DNA of 30,872 bases, from IMG/VR virus record IMGVR_UViG_2657245091_000018. The stretch is one strand, 5' to 3'. Position numbers and translations under genes: made by a program. Under the pieces are notes generated by a model. That model was not told the origin of the DNA, ran no database searches, and worked only from the letters and a program-made list of their open reading frames with translations. Shown piece by piece: positions 27,598 through 30,872 of this stretch. The DNA is from a virus. Taxonomy: Duplodnaviria > Heunggongvirae > Uroviricota > Caudoviricetes. Within the stretch, counting starts at the first letter, position 1, and every line of letters starts with the position of its first letter.

Positions 27598-29322
27598 ATG
27601 AAACCAATTAAACGCCTGTACCTTTCCTCTGATCCGGTCCATCTGATTGACTGCAATATCGTGCTGGAGCTGAACGCGTGCGGTCGGGGGTTTATTACGG
27701 CGGGGACAGAGACAGATTACACCGGCAAAATGGTGCGTATCGATGTTGGTTATGATGGTCTGGTCCTGCGCTGGTTTACCGGGTACGTCGAACGGTCACA
27801 GCCTGCTGATAATGGAACATGCCGGTTGTTCGTGCGTGAGCTGGTCGGCATCTTTGATAAATTGTGGCCGTGTTCTTTCCAGCATCCAACGTTGCGCCAG
27901 ATTACTGACTGGATAAGTGAGCAAAGCGGGCTGACCGTCACAACGCCGGTCGGCGCTGCTTATGCAGATAAACCGATCCCCCACTTTACGCACAGCGGCA
28001 CGGGCTATCAGCTTTTTGCCAGTCTGGGCCGTGCATTTTCAGTGACGGATTATCTTTGGTATCAGTTGCCGGACGGGGATGTCTTCGTCGGCGCTGCGGA
28101 GCATAGTCTTTTTGCGGGAAAACCAGTGGAGATCCCGCACGAATTTAGCCAGGAATCGGCAGGCGGAAATTCAATGGTTGTGCCAATGATTCAGAGCCTG
28201 CGCCCGGGTGCGGAGGTAAACGGCCAGCGGCTGAACCAGGTCCGGCTAAATAACGATGACATGGCAATTACCTGGCAGCCCCGCAACAAAGCCAACGGCC
28301 AGCCATTGCAAAAATCACCCATTCAGCGGCAGATTGAAAACGCATTCCCGGAGCTGGCAAGCGGCCTGCATCTTCCAAGATTCGCTAGGGTGGAAGCGCC
28401 AAGCGAGGATGTTTCAGGGGGGGATATTGCCGATCCATTCCGCCCACGCTATGCCGTGGATCTCCAGCTGCTTGACGAAGACGGCAAGCCAGCCGCAAAT
28501 ACGCCGATCTATTCTGCCGTTCCACTACCTGTGCCAATGGCGGGCAGCGAGTCAGGAATGTTTCAGTTTCCGCCCCCTGGCACGCTGGTTGAAGTTGGGT
28601 TCACTGAGGGGCGGCAGGATAAGCCCTTTGTGCGTCAGATTATGGCGGAGGGTCATAACCTGCCAGCGGTTAAACCCGGTGAGCAGTTGCAGCAACAGCG
28701 CGATGGTGTATCGCAGCGCGTGACGGTTGCCGGAGACTGGGAACGCCAGACGGATCAGACAATCCGCGAAAACTCCATGACTCGCGAAGTCACCACCGAC
28801 GAAGAGATCCGCAAAGTGGTTGCCCGTGAAACTACGGTCCAGGCAACAGATAAAACAACCGTGCTTGGCACGGCCACACTTCTGGCCGGGGCGGTCGTTC
28901 ATATCAGCGAGGGGGATTACAGCGTCGGCACATCCGGCAACCTGACAGTAACCTGCAGCAAGGACAATTCCGTCAGTGTTGGCCGGAACGTGAAACGGGA
29001 TGTCGCGGGCAATGTTACAGACGACGTGAAAGGGGATGTCACGTCAAACGTCAGCGGCGCACTGACTGAAAAAATCAGCGGCATTCGCCGAAGTGTGGCC
29101 CAGGCGCAACAACTGATTGCCCCGGTGGTAAAGCTGGGAAGCGAAGAGATTAACGTCCTGACACTGCTCACCGACACCCTGGACGTGGTGAGGGAGCTGG
29201 CAGAGACTGCCGCATCACATACTCACCCCAATACGGGGGCCAGTGGGCAGGCGGCGCAGTTCACCGCAACGGCCAATAAAACCGGCACATTGAAAAGCAA
29301 ATACGGCCCCCTGATAGCCTGA
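27598..29322 (+). CDS. baseplate hub / spike-like protein (gpD-like N-terminus with beta-helix-like C-terminal repeats)
   Basis: 574 aa. C-terminal region has short repeated V/T/S/N-rich segments (NLTVTCSKDNSVSVGRNVKRDVAGNVTDDVKGDVTSNVSG) typical of spike beta-helices. Last gene of the late operon. Confidence 0.5.
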   Translation: MKPIKRLYLSSDPVHLIDCNIVLELNACGRGFITAGTETDYTGKMVRIDVGYDGLVLRWFTGYVERSQPADNGTCRLFVRELVGIFDKLWPCSFQHPTLRQITDWISEQSGLTVTTPVGAAYADKPIPHFTHSGTGYQLFASLGRAFSVTDYLWYQLPDGDVFVGAAEHSLFAGKPVEIPHEFSQESAGGNSMVVPMIQSLRPGAEVNGQRLNQVRLNNDDMAITWQPRNKANGQPLQKSPIQRQIENAFPELASGLHLPRFARVEAPSEDVSGGDIADPFRPRYAVDLQLLDEDGKPAANTPIYSAVPLPVPMAGSESGMFQFPPPGTLVEVGFTEGRQDKPFVRQIMAEGHNLPAVKPGEQLQQQRDGVSQRVTVAGDWERQTDQTIRENSMTREVTTDEEIRKVVARETTVQATDKTTVLGTATLLAGAVVHISEGDYSVGTSGNLTVTCSKDNSVSVGRNVKRDVAGNVTDDVKGDVTSNVSGALTEKISGIRRSVAQAQQLIAPVVKLGSEEINVLTLLTDTLDVVRELAETAASHTHPNTGASGQAAQFTATANKTGTLKSKYGPLIA

Positions 29323-29527
29323 CAAAAAAGCGGCATAACCGCACACCTCACCAGACACCACAGAACGCGCCACAGCAGGCGCAAAGATTAAAGGTCGCCA
29401 CCGTGCGGCCTTTCTTTCGTTCGTTCAACAGCGGCCCACAGCGTAAGCGACAGCAGGCAAACGGAAGCGGATCCAGGACGGAAACGGCGCTACACCGCAC
29501 CCGCCTGCGCAGTTTGGATCATAAAAA

Positions 29528-29816
29528 TTTTGCAAAAGAAATTTTGTGCAAAGCACCCCGCCAGCCTGCGCCGCTGCTGGGCTTTTGCATCCTGCGGGCG
29601 TTGCACTCTGCGCAAAGATTTGCAGCACTTTGCAAAAGTCATCGCGCCGCCAGCTACTAACTGACTGGATAACATGATGTTTTTAAAAGGATCGTTTTGG
29701 TTTCCGTGACGATCAAAATGATTAGGTGGTATCCGATGGTTTTCGGGGGCGGATATCGTGAAGCCTTGTGCGGTGAGGGCTGGCGGCTAGTTTGCTTTGA
29801 TTTGGGTTTTGCAAAA
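29528..29816. promoter_or_regulatory. cluster of TTTTGCAAAA-type palindromes in a convergent intergenic region (candidate operator sites or structured RNA)
   Basis: Perfect 10-bp palindrome TTTTGCAAAA at 29528-29537 and 29807-29816; TTTGCAAA at 29629-29636; degenerate copies (ttttgtgcaaag ~29541, gcaaagatttgc 29611-29622). The surrounding 584-bp gap between convergent genes has no convincing ORF. Confidence 0.3.
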
Positions 29817-29906
29817 TGATGCACGAAGTTTTGATAAAAGGATCTCTAGCTAAGGGGGAGGGGAACGTATAAAAACCCCCGCCCTCTGGGTGATATTTTG
29901 TTCTAT

Positions 29907-30872
29907 TTATAGAAGTTTACTTACTGAAATCAGTTTGGGTGATTTAATGCCAATCTCACATAATGTTGTATGATGTGCTTCACGCTCAGTTTCCTGATAA
30001 TAGGTGGCTATCCATTCCGTATTTTCACTAACAATGCTATGTATAAAAGAAAAGTAGGGAACATCTACAGATGATAACGAATGGCCGATGATGATGATTT
30101 CGTCTACGTTGCTGAGATTTTTAAAAAATTTAGCGCTGTCAGCAATGACTTTTTCAGTATTCTTAAAAGAACAAGTGAAGTATTTATTAATAGTCTGCTT
30201 TCCCATTTCATAAGAGTGATCGTAATTATCAGCCATACACTGACGCCACTCTTCAAGTTCTTCATCGGTTGCATTTTCGGGCGGGACTGCTTCCTTTTCT
30301 TCAAAGTTGATAGGGTCAATACCATGACCTAAAATCAACTGTTGATCTGATGATGCTTTTCCATGGATATATAAAATTTGTCTATCATCAATACCATAGT
30401 ATTTCTGAAGAGTCTCAGTATAATTAAAACTGATAAAGATAGAGTCAGAATCGATACGCAATCTTTTATTTAAATTAAGTTCGGGGTAGTTAACCTGCAA
30501 TATAAATGACTTGAATTGTGTTAAAAGCCCTTCGGTTAAATTTTTTAGTATACGTTCCATTTCAATGCTTAATGAGCCCCAGTCCTTGTCACGAAAATCA
30601 GGGCTGCTAATTTGGGGTAAAAGATAGCAAAACTCTTCGAGCACTGACTCTGTATCCAGACCCGCTAAGCTGTTTTCGAAATCAGACCAAAGAAAATGTT
30701 TTGACTTATCAACTGCGGAAAGTTTAGGGGGTAAGTCAGTAAATCCCATAAAATCAACCAAGTGATCGTAAATGTCTTGGTCTTTCTTCCGAAGATAATC
30801 CCCAAATGAGAAATAGCTCGTGTCAAGTTCGTGATGCAGATCAAACCCATTCCCGATGATGTATAGCTTCAT
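29907..30872 (-). CDS. AbiH-like abortive-infection protein
   Basis: 321 aa; the start codon is the last three bases of the window. N-terminus MKLYIIGNGFDLHHELDTSYFSFGDY carries the conserved GNGFD signature I associate with the AbiH family. GC is about 35% by eye, clearly lower than the phage late genes. Confidence 0.65.
   Translation of the reverse strand: MKLYIIGNGFDLHHELDTSYFSFGDYLRKKDQDIYDHLVDFMGFTDLPPKLSAVDKSKHFLWSDFENSLAGLDTESVLEEFCYLLPQISSPDFRDKDWGSLSIEMERILKNLTEGLLTQFKSFILQVNYPELNLNKRLRIDSDSIFISFNYTETLQKYYGIDDRQILYIHGKASSDQQLILGHGIDPINFEEKEAVPPENATDEELEEWRQCMADNYDHSYEMGKQTINKYFTCSFKNTEKVIADSAKFFKNLSNVDEIIIIGHSLSSVDVPYFSFIHSIVSENTEWIATYYQETEREAHHTTLCEIGIKSPKLISVSKLL

Noticed and set aside
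29403-29675. Small ORFs (85 aa +, 67 aa -, 61 aa -) in the gap before the AbiH-like gene
   Set aside because: Mutually overlapping on both strands, Arg/Ala-rich, low-complexity, no RBS; the region is better explained as non-coding with palindromic sites.
29323-29906. Possible retron ncRNA (msr/msd) given the stem-loops near a defence gene
   Set aside because: No reverse transcriptase ORF is adjacent (the neighbour is AbiH-like on the opposite strand), and I could not identify the flanking a1/a2 inverted repeats; left as unexplained non-coding structure.
1-30872. CRISPR arrays, tRNA or rRNA genes
   Set aside because: No regularly spaced direct repeats with unique spacers and no tRNA-like cloverleaf candidates were apparent; the window is almost entirely protein-coding.

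Overview
This window is most of a P2-like temperate myovirus prophage with a mosaic tail module, and its best candidate for something undescribed is a 930-aa, very AT-rich, membrane-anchored ORF (5415..8207). Layout, left to right: (i) a truncated IS3-family transposase 3' end and a low-GC ORF of unknown function; (ii) + strand early/replication genes (two small early ORFs, a Dam-family N6-adenine methyltransferase, a gpA-like replication endonuclease); (iii) an AT-rich cargo island carrying the 930-aa ORF, bounded by a ~25-bp imperfect direct repeat; (iv) on the - strand an Ogr/Delta-like zinc-finger late activator, portal (Q-like) and large terminase (P-like); (v) a divergent late-promoter gap; (vi) a long + strand late operon (scaffold O, major capsid N, small terminase M, head completion L, R/S-like tail completion, sheath- and tube-like proteins, a holin / M15 endolysin / i-spanin / o-spanin cassette, tail chaperone with a -1 frameshift site, tape measure, baseplate proteins, tail fibre with an HxH-rich tip, tail fibre assembly, hub/spike-like proteins); (vii) a 0.58-kb non-coding stretch with TTTTGCAAAA palindromes and a low-GC AbiH-like gene on the - strand. 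The 930-aa ORF sits in the interval between the replication gene and the portal gene, where P2 carries tin/old and which is a known defence-gene hotspot in P2-like phages; I recognise no domain in it, so it is a candidate single-gene anti-phage or exclusion protein. All family assignments are by eye from the translations and from memory of the families; no searches were run, and GC values are visual estimates.
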